Positions 37,785 to 48,604 of a stretch of 64,000 nt of DNA are shown here, one piece after another. A program made the translations under genes and the position numbers. Within the stretch, counting starts at the first letter, position 1; the number at the start of each line of letters is the position of its first letter. The DNA is taken from the NCBI RefSeq assembly GCF_036321535.1, contig NC_087437.1:64234001-64298000 (forward strand), read 5' to 3'. The notes beneath the pieces were generated by a model. That model did not search any database and was not told the origin of the DNA. It was given only the letters and a program-made list of their open reading frames with translations. The DNA is from Camelus dromedarius. Taxonomy: Eukaryota.

Positions 37785-38110
37785 TTGTGCAAGGGGCAGA
37801 CTCTGGAACCCCACTGCCTGGGTTTGGATCTGGCTTCTACCAGTTTGACCTTATGCAAGTTACTTAGCTTGCCTGTGCCTCAGTTTCCCTATCCATGAAA
37901 TGGGTATGATAATAGTACCTGCCTCATAGGGTTATTGTGTGGATTAAATGGCATAATATAAAGAGCATAGAACACTGCCTGACACGTACTAACATGGTCT
38001 TTGTTGTTTTCCCACCAGCTCCCTGCCCAATCTTGAGCTAGATACTCTTCCCCAAGCTTCACTTTCCTCATCTGTAAAACACAGGGTTGAACCAAATGAT
38101 CTTTAAGAGA
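37785..38110 (+). mobile_element. Two adjacent MIR/MIR3 SINEs
   Basis: tgaccttatgcaagttacttagc...cctcagtttcc...gtacctgcctcatagggttattgtg; second core ctcatctgtaaaac. Confidence 0.8.
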
Positions 38111-38780
38111 CCTTCCTATTAAACTTTCTGTGCTCACATTTTCCTTCCATCTTCCCTATGAATTTACTTGCAGTTAGGGGGATGTAGATGTGACTGTAGG
38201 AAAGACGCCAAACCCTGATGGGACAAATCATGACTTGGAGTTTGCAAAAAATAGACAGAGGAGAGGTGACTCCAACCCAGCCTGGCCCAGCCCAGAGAAC
38301 AGTGTGCAGAGGCAGGGAATGAACTTGCCCCTGGGAAAGGGGGTAGGGGTGGCGGTGGCATCTCATACCCTTACCCTCAGGTTCTGGAGATGAAAAGTGC
38401 GGGGCAGTCTTTCCGAGCCTCTGCCCCCTCCCCCATCTGGTCCCAATCTTCTCTCGGGTCCCCAGTCTCCCAGATGGTCTAAATAGGAAGAAAAGAGGGA
38501 AATCCGTATCCAATCTGCTCTATTCAAAGCAATGGGAAGGAATCTGCATCTCAATTTTATCTTTGTGCTGAGCTTGGCTAAGCTTTGCCCCCCAAGTGGT
38601 GAGTGATGGGTGGGTGGGAAGATGGCATTCCTGGCCCTGGGTGGGGGTGGGGGAGTGACGGGTGCGCCCCCCCCACCTTCGCCTCCCAACAGACAGCAGG
38701 CTCATTGCATTCTTTCCTGCTCTTGGTTCCCCCATTTCCTCTTCTTTTCTTTTCCTTCTCTTTTTCTCCTCCTTTCCCAG

Positions 38781-38893
38781 GCAGGCAGCCAAGTGGAGAC
38801 TTCGAATAAAGGCAGGGAGGGAGGGGTTGGGGAAGGAGGACCAGCGGAGCCCCCTTCCCCCAGGATCCCCAAGGGCTCAAGGGCTGAGCTGAG
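38781..38893 (+). other. SEMA5B: Candidate non-coding cassette exon of SEMA5B
   Basis: About 40-nt pure polypyrimidine tract ending in CAG at 38778-38780; weak donor GAG|GTGGGG at 38894; no ATG inside. Confidence 0.5.
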
Positions 38894-41129
38894 GTGGGGA
38901 CAGAAAGGAGCATCTCACTGTCTCCCACCCACCCTGGCCCCTGGCTGTCCAGCCAAGGCTGGGCCCCAAGCCTGCCAGGTAACTGTCAGTGCCCTGGGTG
39001 TAGGGCTCTGGACTCTGCCCTGACCGTCCAACCTCTGGAATTTCTTTCTCCAGAGCCACTCAGGAGAGCCACTTACAGGAGACTGATATGCAGCAGGAAG
39101 TCAGCTTAATACTTTATAGCCAGAAAGCTCTCTCTCTGGTTGGGAAGCCAACTCAGGAAACCAAACGAAACTCCGAAGGCTGCTTGGAGAGTGCATGGAG
39201 CCAGGGCTCGGCAGGTGCCAGAAGGGCTAGGGGCCAGTTCTCCTCGAGGGAGGGCGGTGTGTGGAAAGGCCCAGAGCAGGGTGTCTGCAGCAGACAGTCC
39301 CGGGTTCAAATCCCCGCTCTGTTATCAGGTGGTGCTGGAAGCTCGTGCACACTCCTTGGCCTCGCTAACCTCTGTTTCCTCGTGTCAACTGAGAATGGTG
39401 ATCCCTGGGCACCCCTCAGCTTTCTTGCCAAACTGAGGTCCTGCAGGGAAAGAGTTTAGCACAGTGCCCTGCACGTTCTCAAAGGCAGCAGCCGTGTTTA
39501 TTCAAGCCAGCCCTCATCTTTCAGGGTCATTGGTTGTCTTTTTCTTTCTGATTACACCTTTTTTTTTCTCAATCAAGAGAAAAGAGATCCCTGGCTGCTC
39601 TGGAGACAACCTCTCTGCAGTCTGCATGGCTGCCTTAGTTCAGCTCTGTGACCCACCCCCCTCCTCGCTGGTCTCCCAGCCCCTCCCGGCTTCTATCCAG
39701 GCCACCCCCTGCAATTGGGCTGATGTGTTCTCCATAAGGTGCTAGTGGGGGCTAAGATCAAGCCATGCACCAGGTGTGGGCTGGGTTCTTTTGGAGGAGG
39801 AGGCACCCAATTCCAAGTCTGAGAGTTGTCCTGCAGTCAGGTGGTCCGCTCTAACCCATCCCTCCTGCAGCCTGCTGCCACCTAACTTCCCAAAGCACAG
39901 ATCCAGCCACATCCTTCCACTGCCCCAAACCATCAACATGCCCTCCTCTTCAGCAGAAGAAAACCTCCTGATGCTTCAGGTTCACACTAAAGTCTCACCA
40001 TGATTTGGCCTCAGTCTTCCTTTGAAGACTCATCTCCTGCTGCCCATTTCTCCAGCCTCACTGGGTTATGTGAGGATGGACCAGGACTGGGTCTGTGCCA
40101 TTGCCGTTCCATCAGTCTGGAAAGCTCTTCACCCTGATGGCTTTTTAAGTTCCTCTTCTTTCCTCAAGGCCTTGTTTGAGTTCTACCTTCCACATGAGGT
40201 TTTTTAGACCTGCATCCCACTGGCACCCTCTCCCTTCCCTCTCCAAGGGCACCTCTCTTCAGCTGCCTTGTGACATGCTTCCTGCTCATCTTCTCATGCT
40301 TCCATCTCTTTTGTGAGACTGAAACCTGAAGGAGAGCTGAGACCCCTTTGTTCATCCGCCTACTGAACAGAATGGTCCTCAGTGAGGACTTGCAGCTTCT
40401 CCTGCCAAAGGCAGGTCTGGGCGGTGGGCTCTGGCAAGCGGGTGGGGCATGGCTGTGCAGGGAATGTGCTGGGAGGCCAGTGTGGGCTCTGGGGGGGTTC
40501 AGCTCACACACACACACAGAACACACTTCACCCCTGTCTCCCTCTTCCTTCACCCCAGAGTGGAGCAAAGGTCCCTCTAGGACTGTGGGCCTTCCAGCAG
40601 CCCTGGGCCTGGCCCTCTGCCCTTCCTTCGCTCTCCTTCCCTCTCAGCCAGCAGTTTCATCCCCTCCCACAGTTGCGGCTAATCCTCCGCCCACTGACTG
40701 AGCTGGGAAAATGAGCCCTGGAGAAGTCCCACAGAAGACGAGGGGTCCTCAGGGATGGGAGGGGCTTGCATGGGCATGTGTTCTCTCTCACACGCACGCA
40801 CGCATGCACACACACGCGCATGCACACGCCTCCAGGCACCATTACAGTGACCTCCATATCACGGACCACAGGGAATTGGGGCAGCAGTGGGAGAGAAGGC
40901 AAAAGAAGCTCTGGCCAATGCTTTGGAAAAATGCTTTCCTTGTCACTGAGGGCTTCCCCAAATAGCAAATCAGCTGGCACGGCCCTCCCTCCCAGAGCAC
41001 CCGCCACAGTGCCAGTGACCAGCAGCTTGGAGACAGGGCAAAACACAGGCTTTCTGTGCGACCCCCACCATCCAGACCCCAGGTCCTGGGTGGCTGTCTC
41101 TGCCTTGTGATAGCTTGTTCCTTGGGAGA

Positions 41130-41295
41130 ATGTCTCCTCTCTAGTGAACTGTAAGCTCCTTGAACGCAGGGACCATACTTATGTCCTGGGGGGTGTTCTA
41201 CCTCCCTCACTTCCTTTATCTACATAGCAACCTGCACATAGTAGGTATTCAGCAAGTGCTCAGTGAAGTAGTATATAAACAAATGAATGAACGAA
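41130..41295 (+). mobile_element. L2 LINE 3' tail
   Basis: actgtaagctccttgaacgcagggacc...gcacatagtaggtattcagcaagtgc...aatgaatgaa. Confidence 0.7.
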
Positions 41296-43579
41296 ACTGG
41301 GAAGACACTTAGGTAACTAGTTGAGTGTTCTGTGCAGATGAATACATGTACATAGATGGACTTCATAAAGGGCCTACTCTGTGCCAGACTTAGTTCTCAG
41401 AGCATTACAAGCTTCCTTTCTAAGGCAAGGACGTGTTAGCCGTATTTTAAAGAACTAAGATTTGCACCCAGGTCTGGCAGCCTTGCAAGCTCAGGAGGTT
41501 CCACAGCCCTCGACAGCACTCAGGAAGATGGGGTGGGCTCTGCTATGCACTGCCGGGGGAGAAATTCGGGGATTACTTTAATGTCAGGCCAAACAAATAT
41601 ATTAGAAATAGAAATTCCTGCTTGTCTTAGGCGTGTTTGGTTGTAAGAATGAGAAACCAAACTGTGTGGAATAGGAATGGTGCTTAGCTAACAATACCTG
41701 AAAAACAAGGGCTTCAACAGATTAGGAGTGGATTATTCAATAATAATAATAGCCAACCCTTACCCGACGCCTACTTTGTGGCAGGTACTGATCTCAGCCT
41801 GTTAGACAAAATAATGCATTTAATCTTCCCAGCAACTCTGTGAGGGAGGTGTTATTATTCTCTACATTTTACAGACAAGGAACAGCACAGATGTGTGATG
41901 GTCAAACATGGGAAAGATGCCTAGAGGTAGGCAGACCAGGGCTGATTCTGTCAGCAGCCCAGGTTCCATCTGTCTTTCTGCACCATGATCCTTACCACGT
42001 GGCTAGAGGTGCCCCAGAGCTGCGAGGCTGTCCTATCTGCAGGCCAGGCGGGAAGGGAGCCGTCTCGGCCAGTTCCCCGCAGGTCCCACGTGACTTCCTG
42101 GTGCATCTCACTGGGCACTGGATCTGGAAGGCCGGGATGGGCCCCTGAGCAGGGCACCTGCCCCCACCGCACCCTCACTGAGGCACTGGCTCCCATAGGA
42201 AGCAGGAAGGTGAGAATGGACACCGAGGAGGCAGCACTGCGGAGGTGACTCGTGGTCTGACACAACGCCAAAGGGCTTGGGCAAAAACAGGGACTCTGAT
42301 TACAAGGATCTGGGCGAGGGTGGCTCATGGAAGCAGAACATAGTCAGACCTCAGGAAAGGGCTAGAACTGGGAACTGGAAGGCTGCCAGAGGGTCTCTGC
42401 TCTCTCCTGTCACTGGTCTCTGTCTTCAGATTGCTTCTGCTCCCAGATTCCTCTACAAAGACTGACTTGACCCGATGAGGGGTGGGGGTGAGCAGTGTAC
42501 AGCCAAGTGGCTTGGAAGAGAATCCAATTGGTCTGTTTTGTCCACTTGACTTCCCTTGGGGCAAGCAGCTGTGGTGGGATGGGAAAAAGGTACCTGTAAG
42601 GCCCTTTGACGTGTGGATGGAGGGGAGATCATTTCCAAGGATGGGGACTTCCTGGGAGATGGGAAGTCAGCCCCCACCCCAAGTATCTAGAAGAGTTCAG
42701 AGCCCCTGCAGCCCTCTCAGAGATGCGGGGATCTACCACTCTTCTTTCCTCTCCGTGGCACCCCCTGCTCCGCTGACGCCAGCAGGCCCAGACTCATGGA
42801 GCCCTGACCATCTGCGCCCCACGTTCCAGCCCCGTTCCTCGCTGCCTTGCTCCTTCTATCCCTCCCCTGCACCCCCCTGAGGGTCTACTGGCTTCCTGGC
42901 CAAGGGCAGAGGAGGTGTTGAAGGCGATGGCCAAACAGGCTAGGCACAGCCCCCGTGGGGTGCCTGACGTTAGTGCCGAAATGCTCACCTGAACAAAGGC
43001 CCTGCCTGCCTCCTCCCTCATCAGTGTTCGGTCTTCCTGTCTCTGGGTGACTTGCCCTGTGCATGTCAGTCGGCTGCTCGGGCTCTCTCATCCTCTCCTC
43101 CCCGCCTCACCACAGTAGAGACTATCCGGAATCCAGGTCCCGCCCTCCATCCTGGGCTGCACGCCCCTCCCTCCTCCTGAGACTGTGCTGGGGCCCAGGC
43201 GGACAGAGTGACATTAGTCTAGCAATTACTGATTCCAGAGGGACTTGGAGGACATATTTACATAAAAATCAGAATGTGATGGAAACTTCTGTTGCTGAAA
43301 TTAGGTACTTTAAGGCCTGGGGCCTGGGGGAGGGGAAGGGGCCCAGGATGTGTTCCTAATTCAGGCCCAGGAGCCGGATCTGGTCACGGATCTGGTCACA
43401 CAGGGAGGGCCAGGCCCGGGGACTCTGGGGGGTGGCAGGGAGGCCTGGGAAGGAGTTGGGAATAATGGGGGGAGGGAGTTGTCATACCACTTTAGATGAG
43501 GGGCTGACAGGAAAAGCCCAGCTAAGGTCTAAAATGATGATATTGGCATACATGTTGAACATCACCCATTAGGTGTTAA

Positions 43580-44005
43580 TATAGTCAGGATCCCCAGGAA
43601 ACAGATGGCTCACTCAAATTGGGAAATGTGAGAGCAGTTTAATAAAGGAGCTGTTTACAAAGGTGTGGGAAGGGTTTGGGAACCATATGGGAAGGCTCAG
43701 TGTCTGGTACCCTGGGGCTGATAACGTGGGCCTGCACCCCTCAGCCTGAGGGAGGAAGGAGGGAGGGAGGGAGGGAGCGACTGTTGAAACCTGGAGGCAG
43801 AGAAACTGCAGGACCAGAGCTCCGGGCTTCAGTGGAAGGATGCAGCCACTCACTCTGCTGCCTCCTTCCCCCCTCCCTCCATCCTTCTCCCCATCTTCTG
43901 CCAGTGGCCCCCAATGGCCAGAGGGAAGGACCCCTGATGCAGTTCAGGCACAGACCGGGGAAGAACAGAGAGAGTGGAGGAACAAATAGAAGGCCTCCAG
44001 CACAA
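43580..44005 (-). mobile_element. Old ERV-class LTR (subfamily uncertain)
   Basis: caggaaacagatggctcactcaaattggg...agtttaataaaggagctgtttacaaaggtgtggg resembles the reverse 3' end of an LTR. Confidence 0.6.
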
Positions 44006-44127
44006 GCGTCAAAGGCCACTAGGAGTTTCCCCAGTCCTCCCTGCTCGCTTCCTTCGGGGCACCAGGATAGCTCTCACTCTGATGCTCACTGTCAGCCAGC
44101 ATTGTTCTAGGCCTTTCAAAGGTAGTA

Positions 44128-44467
44128 CAGTCATCTCTTGGTATTGGGGGGGGGGATTGGTTCCAGGACCCCCCTCATACCAAAATCCTCAGATGCTCAA
44201 GTACCTTATATAAAACGGTGTGGTATTTGCATGTAACCTAAGTACATCCTCTGTACAATTTAAATCATCTCTGGGTTAATTATAATACATAATACAATGT
44301 AAATGATATGTAAATGGTTGTAAATACAATGTAAATGCTATGTAAATAGTTGCTGGGGGCATGGCAAATTCAAATTTTGCTTTTTGGAACTTTCTGGACT
44401 CTTTTTATCCCAAATATTTTTGCTCTGTGGTTGGTTGGATGTGGAACCTGCTGATAACGGCTAGCTA
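44128..44467 (+). mobile_element. MER2-like TcMar-Tigger element inserted in a MIR
   Basis: TA|cagtcatctcttggtatt...gattggttccaggacccc...gatgctcaagtaccttatataaaa...|TA; MIR sequence on both sides. Confidence 0.88.
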
Positions 44468-45637
44468 TAACTCCCTTAACTTTGACAACTGCTGAGGGAG
44501 TTGATATTGTTATTCTCACTCCTAATTTGGGGAAACTAAGGCAGGGAGAGGGTAAGTGTTTTTCCCAGAGTGGCACAGCTGGTAAGGAGAAGGCTGGGAT
44601 TTGAACTCAGGTTGACTGGCTCCAGAGGGTTGGCCCTGCCCTTTGATTTCTCACTCCCTTGAGACCAGTAATCAGTGTGAAGGAAAGAAGGTGATGGGCA
44701 CCCGGACAGGATGGCAGTGCCAAGTCCCTTGCAGCAGGAAGAACCCAGCTTAGCACTGAGGAATGAGTTCCTGTGAGCGACTGTAAGAAAAATCGCCCCA
44801 GGGTTAAGTTTCGGCCATACCTCCCTCCTAGAGGATCTCTGCTCAGAGGGATGGCCAGGCTCTCCTGGGGGAGGAGCAGAGAATTGAACCCAATGATGAA
44901 GGGATTAAACAGATGCTCTAGGTACTAACGGCCCATGGGCTGAAGGATTGGGCAGGGTAAGGGAGAAGGGGCTCTGTGAGGCATACAGATGGGTATCTCC
45001 TGGAAGCCCTGCAGCAATGCCATGATAGGTGTTACCCTTTGTCACACACAAGTGTGGAAACTTAGGCAGGAAGAAAATCATCCTGCTGTAGTTTCTCTGG
45101 ACCTGGAGTAATGTAGGGCAGTAGGGAGGGAAGAGAGAGGAGAGATTAGGACCAAAAAGGGTCTTAGACTGTGAAGGAACCCCAGGGCCTCTAGTCCCAG
45201 GGGAAGCTTGTCAGAATCACCTTTGGGATCACTCACCTGCTGGCCCAGGACTCCACCCTAGTGGAAGGGGTTCTGATTTGCTCCCACCTCGTCCGGGAAT
45301 CTCTTCTCTAGTTCAACCTTTCATTTCACAGATAATGAAAGTGACACCATGGAGGTCACTCAGTGAGGGATGTGGGGTCAGCAGGACTTGGTGACACATT
45401 GGATGGGCCAGGGAAGGAGAGAGGTGGGAACTGACTCACAGAGGGTCTGAGTCAGGCTCCAGAGGAATGGTTGGGCTGCTCCAAAACTAATTTTTAAAAG
45501 ATTTTGAAAGTTTTATTGAATAGGTTTTATTAAACATAATATTCAAAAACGAAAATAATATGAAAGGGTATACATTGAGAAGCCTGGATCACCATTTTGC
45601 TACTTTTAGGTAACCTTTCTTAAAAAAATTAGTTTTG

Positions 45638-46754
45638 AAATGGAACCTAATTAAACTTATAAGCTTTTGCAAAGCAAAGTAAACTATAAACAAAACGAAA
45701 AGACAACCTATGGACTGAGAGAAAATATTTGCAAACAATTTGACTGACAAGGGCTTAATCTCCAGAATAGCTCATACAACTCAATAACAAAAAAACAAAC
45801 AACCCAATCAAAAAATGGCAGAAGACCTAAATAAACATTTCTCCAGTGAAGACATACTAATGGCCAATAGGCACATGAAAAATGCTCAGTATCACTGATT
45901 ATCAGAGAAATGCAAATCAAAACTACAATGAGGTATCACCTAACACCAGTTAGAATGGCCATCATTAAAAAGTCCACAAACAATAAATGCTAGAGATGGT
46001 GTGGAGAAAAGGGAATCCCCCTACATTGTTGGTGGGAACGTAGTTTGGTGCAATCATTATGGAAAACAGTATGGAGCATTCTTCAGAAACTAAAAATAGA
46101 CTTACATATGAGCCAGCAATCCCACTCCTGGGCATATATCTGGAGGGAACTCTAATTTGAAAAGATACATGTACCCCAGTGTTCATAGCAGCACTATTTA
46201 CAATATTCAAGCTATGGAAACGACCTAAATGTCCATCAACAGAGAACTGGATAAAGAAGTTGTGAGTCTATAAATATATATAATGGAGTACTACTCAACC
46301 TAAAAAAAGAATAAAATAAAGCCATTTGTAGCAACATGGATGGACCTGGAGATTGTCAGACTAAGTGAAGTAAGCCAGAAGGAGAAAGAAAAATACTATA
46401 TAATATCACTTAAATGTGGAATCTTAAAAAAGTTACACAAATGAACTTATTTACAAAACAGAAACAGCCTCACAGACATAGAAAATAAACTTATGGTTAC
46501 CTTGGAAAAAGGGAGGAGTTGAGGGATAAACTGGGAGTTTGGGATTTGCATATACTAACTACTATATATGAAATAGATAATCAACAAGGTCCTACTGTAT
46601 AACACAAGGAACCATATTCAATACTATGTAATAGCCTATAATGAGAAAGAATATGAAAAGGAATATATATATATGTGTGTGTGTGTGTAACTGAATCACT
46701 ATGCTGTACACCAGAAATTAACACATTGTAAACCAACTACACTTCAGTAAAATT
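45638..46754 (+). mobile_element. Young 5'-truncated LINE-1 (about 1.1 kb) with TSD, inside an older reverse L1
   Basis: Starts in ORF2 (KWNLIKLISFC); TSD aaaaaaattagttttg at 45622-45637, with a 1-nt longer copy at 46755-46771; TT|AAAA target. Confidence 0.95.
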
Positions 46755-46771
46755 AAAAAAATTTAGTTTTG

Positions 46772-48125
46772 GCTTATTTTTACACTGTATAATAATGCGA
46801 ATACAAGCAATTTCTACCCTCTTTTTTACACGAAAGGTAGCACGATATTACACTGTTCTGCACCTTGCTTTTTTCACTTAATATACCTGGAGATTTCCCC
46901 TTAGCAAACATCCAGATAAAAAGCCCATTCTTGTCTGGAGCTGTAGCATATTCCATTGCAACCATACGCATGGCTTATTGAAGCAGTCTCCAGGGACTGG
47001 AGATTTGGTTGTTCCCTGTCTCTTGCTATCTCAGAAATGTCACAGGAATGACCTTGTGCGTAAGTCACTTTGCACGTGTGCAGGTGCCCTTGCGTCCTAT
47101 TTTTGTTTCTTAACTAATTGTGGTGAAGGAGCAGGTTTTACTTTTCAATTTACAATCTGTCATGGATGGATGCTTACGTAAAGCTCAATAAAAGTGAACT
47201 CCTTGAGAAGTGAATTTGGGGAAAAAAACCCTAAGCAATATACAAGCCCACAGATTTTGTTCTTAGATCCAATAGATGTAAAAATGACTGTCAAATTACT
47301 ATAAAGTTTTTTTTTAAACACTCTCCAAATTCTTCATTTATCTTCCCACAGAGTGGTCCCAGCTTGTGGGTCGACACTGGTCCAGGGAACCACACTTCGA
47401 GGGGCACTGATTTAGACTCCCAGAAATTAGACCAAAGGGTAAATGCCTTTATTGCTTTGCCAGATTTTGCAGATCCCTCTCCACGAGGTTGTGCCATTCT
47501 CACACCCACCAGGAGTCAATGAGCATGCCCCTTTTCCCACAGCCTCCCCAAGACTGTGTCGTCCCACTTGGATTTGTACTAAACTGTTAGATGATCAGTA
47601 CTATCTCAGCCCAAGGTTTAATCTGCATTGCTCTTATTGTGAGTGAGAATAGCATCATTCATATTTTTAAGCCCTGTTTGTATTTATATTCTTTGCCATT
47701 TTTCTACCAGATGGTTGGTCTTTTTCTTCTTGATTCTCAGGGTTTCTTTATGCATTAGGAATATTAGCCCCTTGTCTCTGACCTGAACTGCAAATCTTTT
47801 CCCCTGTTTGTCATTTACCTTTTGGTTTTGCTTGATTTGTTTTGGGGTGGGGGAGGGAGCATGCAGAAGTTTGTGGGGTTTATGTGGTTAAATATGTCGA
47901 TCTTTTCTTTAATAGCTTCTGGATTTTGAGTCATGGTTCTCCACTCCACAGTTACAAAGAATTCTGCCCATATTTTCTTCTAGTACTTTTACGGTTTTAT
48001 CCTCAACATTTAAATCTTTCATCCAGTGGAATTTTTCCTAGTTGGTGTGAGTTATAGATCTAAATTTATCTTTTTACAAATGGCTACCCACTTGTCCTAA
48101 CTCCATTTATTAAGATCCCACCTTT
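46772..48125 (-). mobile_element. Old L1 (L1ME-like) remnant, continuing from about 45500-45637
   Basis: ttctgcaccttgcttttttcacttaatatac, tttaatctgcatt and other reverse L1 3' motifs. Confidence 0.7.
47095..47409 (-). mobile_element. hAT-Charlie non-autonomous element nested in the old L1
   Basis: Ends cactggtccagggaaccacacttcgaggggcactg, the reverse of a CAGTGCTACTCAAAGTGTGGTCC-type terminus. Confidence 0.65.
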
Positions 48126-48401
48126 ATCATTAAAATGAATTTTAAACCATTTGGGATCATAATAGAAAAAGCACTATAATTTGTCAGCTTTGTCCAGAAT
48201 ACATTACAAGGGAAATTAGCTTTCAAGATATGATCTATAACTTCACATTCCTGGAGCAAACCCTTAAGTATCACAAATAAAATACAAATTTATTAAAACA
48301 AACAAACAAATCCCGTGGGCCCACTGCCAGCCATGGAGGAAATCGGGAGAGGCGGGCATCGCCAACAGAGTACATGGTGAGAGTGAGTGTTTGCATTTCA
48401 G

Positions 48402-48450
48402 GTCTTCCCCCAGCCGGCCTCCGGGAGCCAGGACCGCGGAGGGGCCCACC
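48402..48450 (+). other. SEMA5B: 5' UTR part of the first coding exon of SEMA5B
   Basis: Lies between the acceptor and the Kozak ATG; reads PPGARTAEGPT, like the recalled human long-isoform extension PPGARTAEGPI. Confidence 0.85.
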
Positions 48451-48604
48451 ATGGTGTTCCCTGGGCCCCTGGCTGTCACCTTGCTCCCACCCAGCCTCAC
48501 ACTGCTGCTAGTGCACCTCGCCAGCTCCCAGGACGTCACCAGTGAACCCAGCAGTGAGCAGCAACTGTGCTCCCCAAGGGAACACCCCATCGTGGCCTTT
48601 GCAG
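48451..48604 (+). CDS. SEMA5B: Semaphorin-5B first coding exon (exon begins at 48402, ATG at 48451); signal peptide region
   Basis: Acceptor ttgcatttcAG at 48400-48401; strong Kozak cccaccATGG; translation MVFPGPLAVTLLPPSLTLLLVHLASSQDVTSEPSSEQQLCSPREHPIVAFA matches the recalled mammalian SEMA5B N-terminus; phase-1 donor G|GTGAGA at 48605. Confidence 0.95.
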
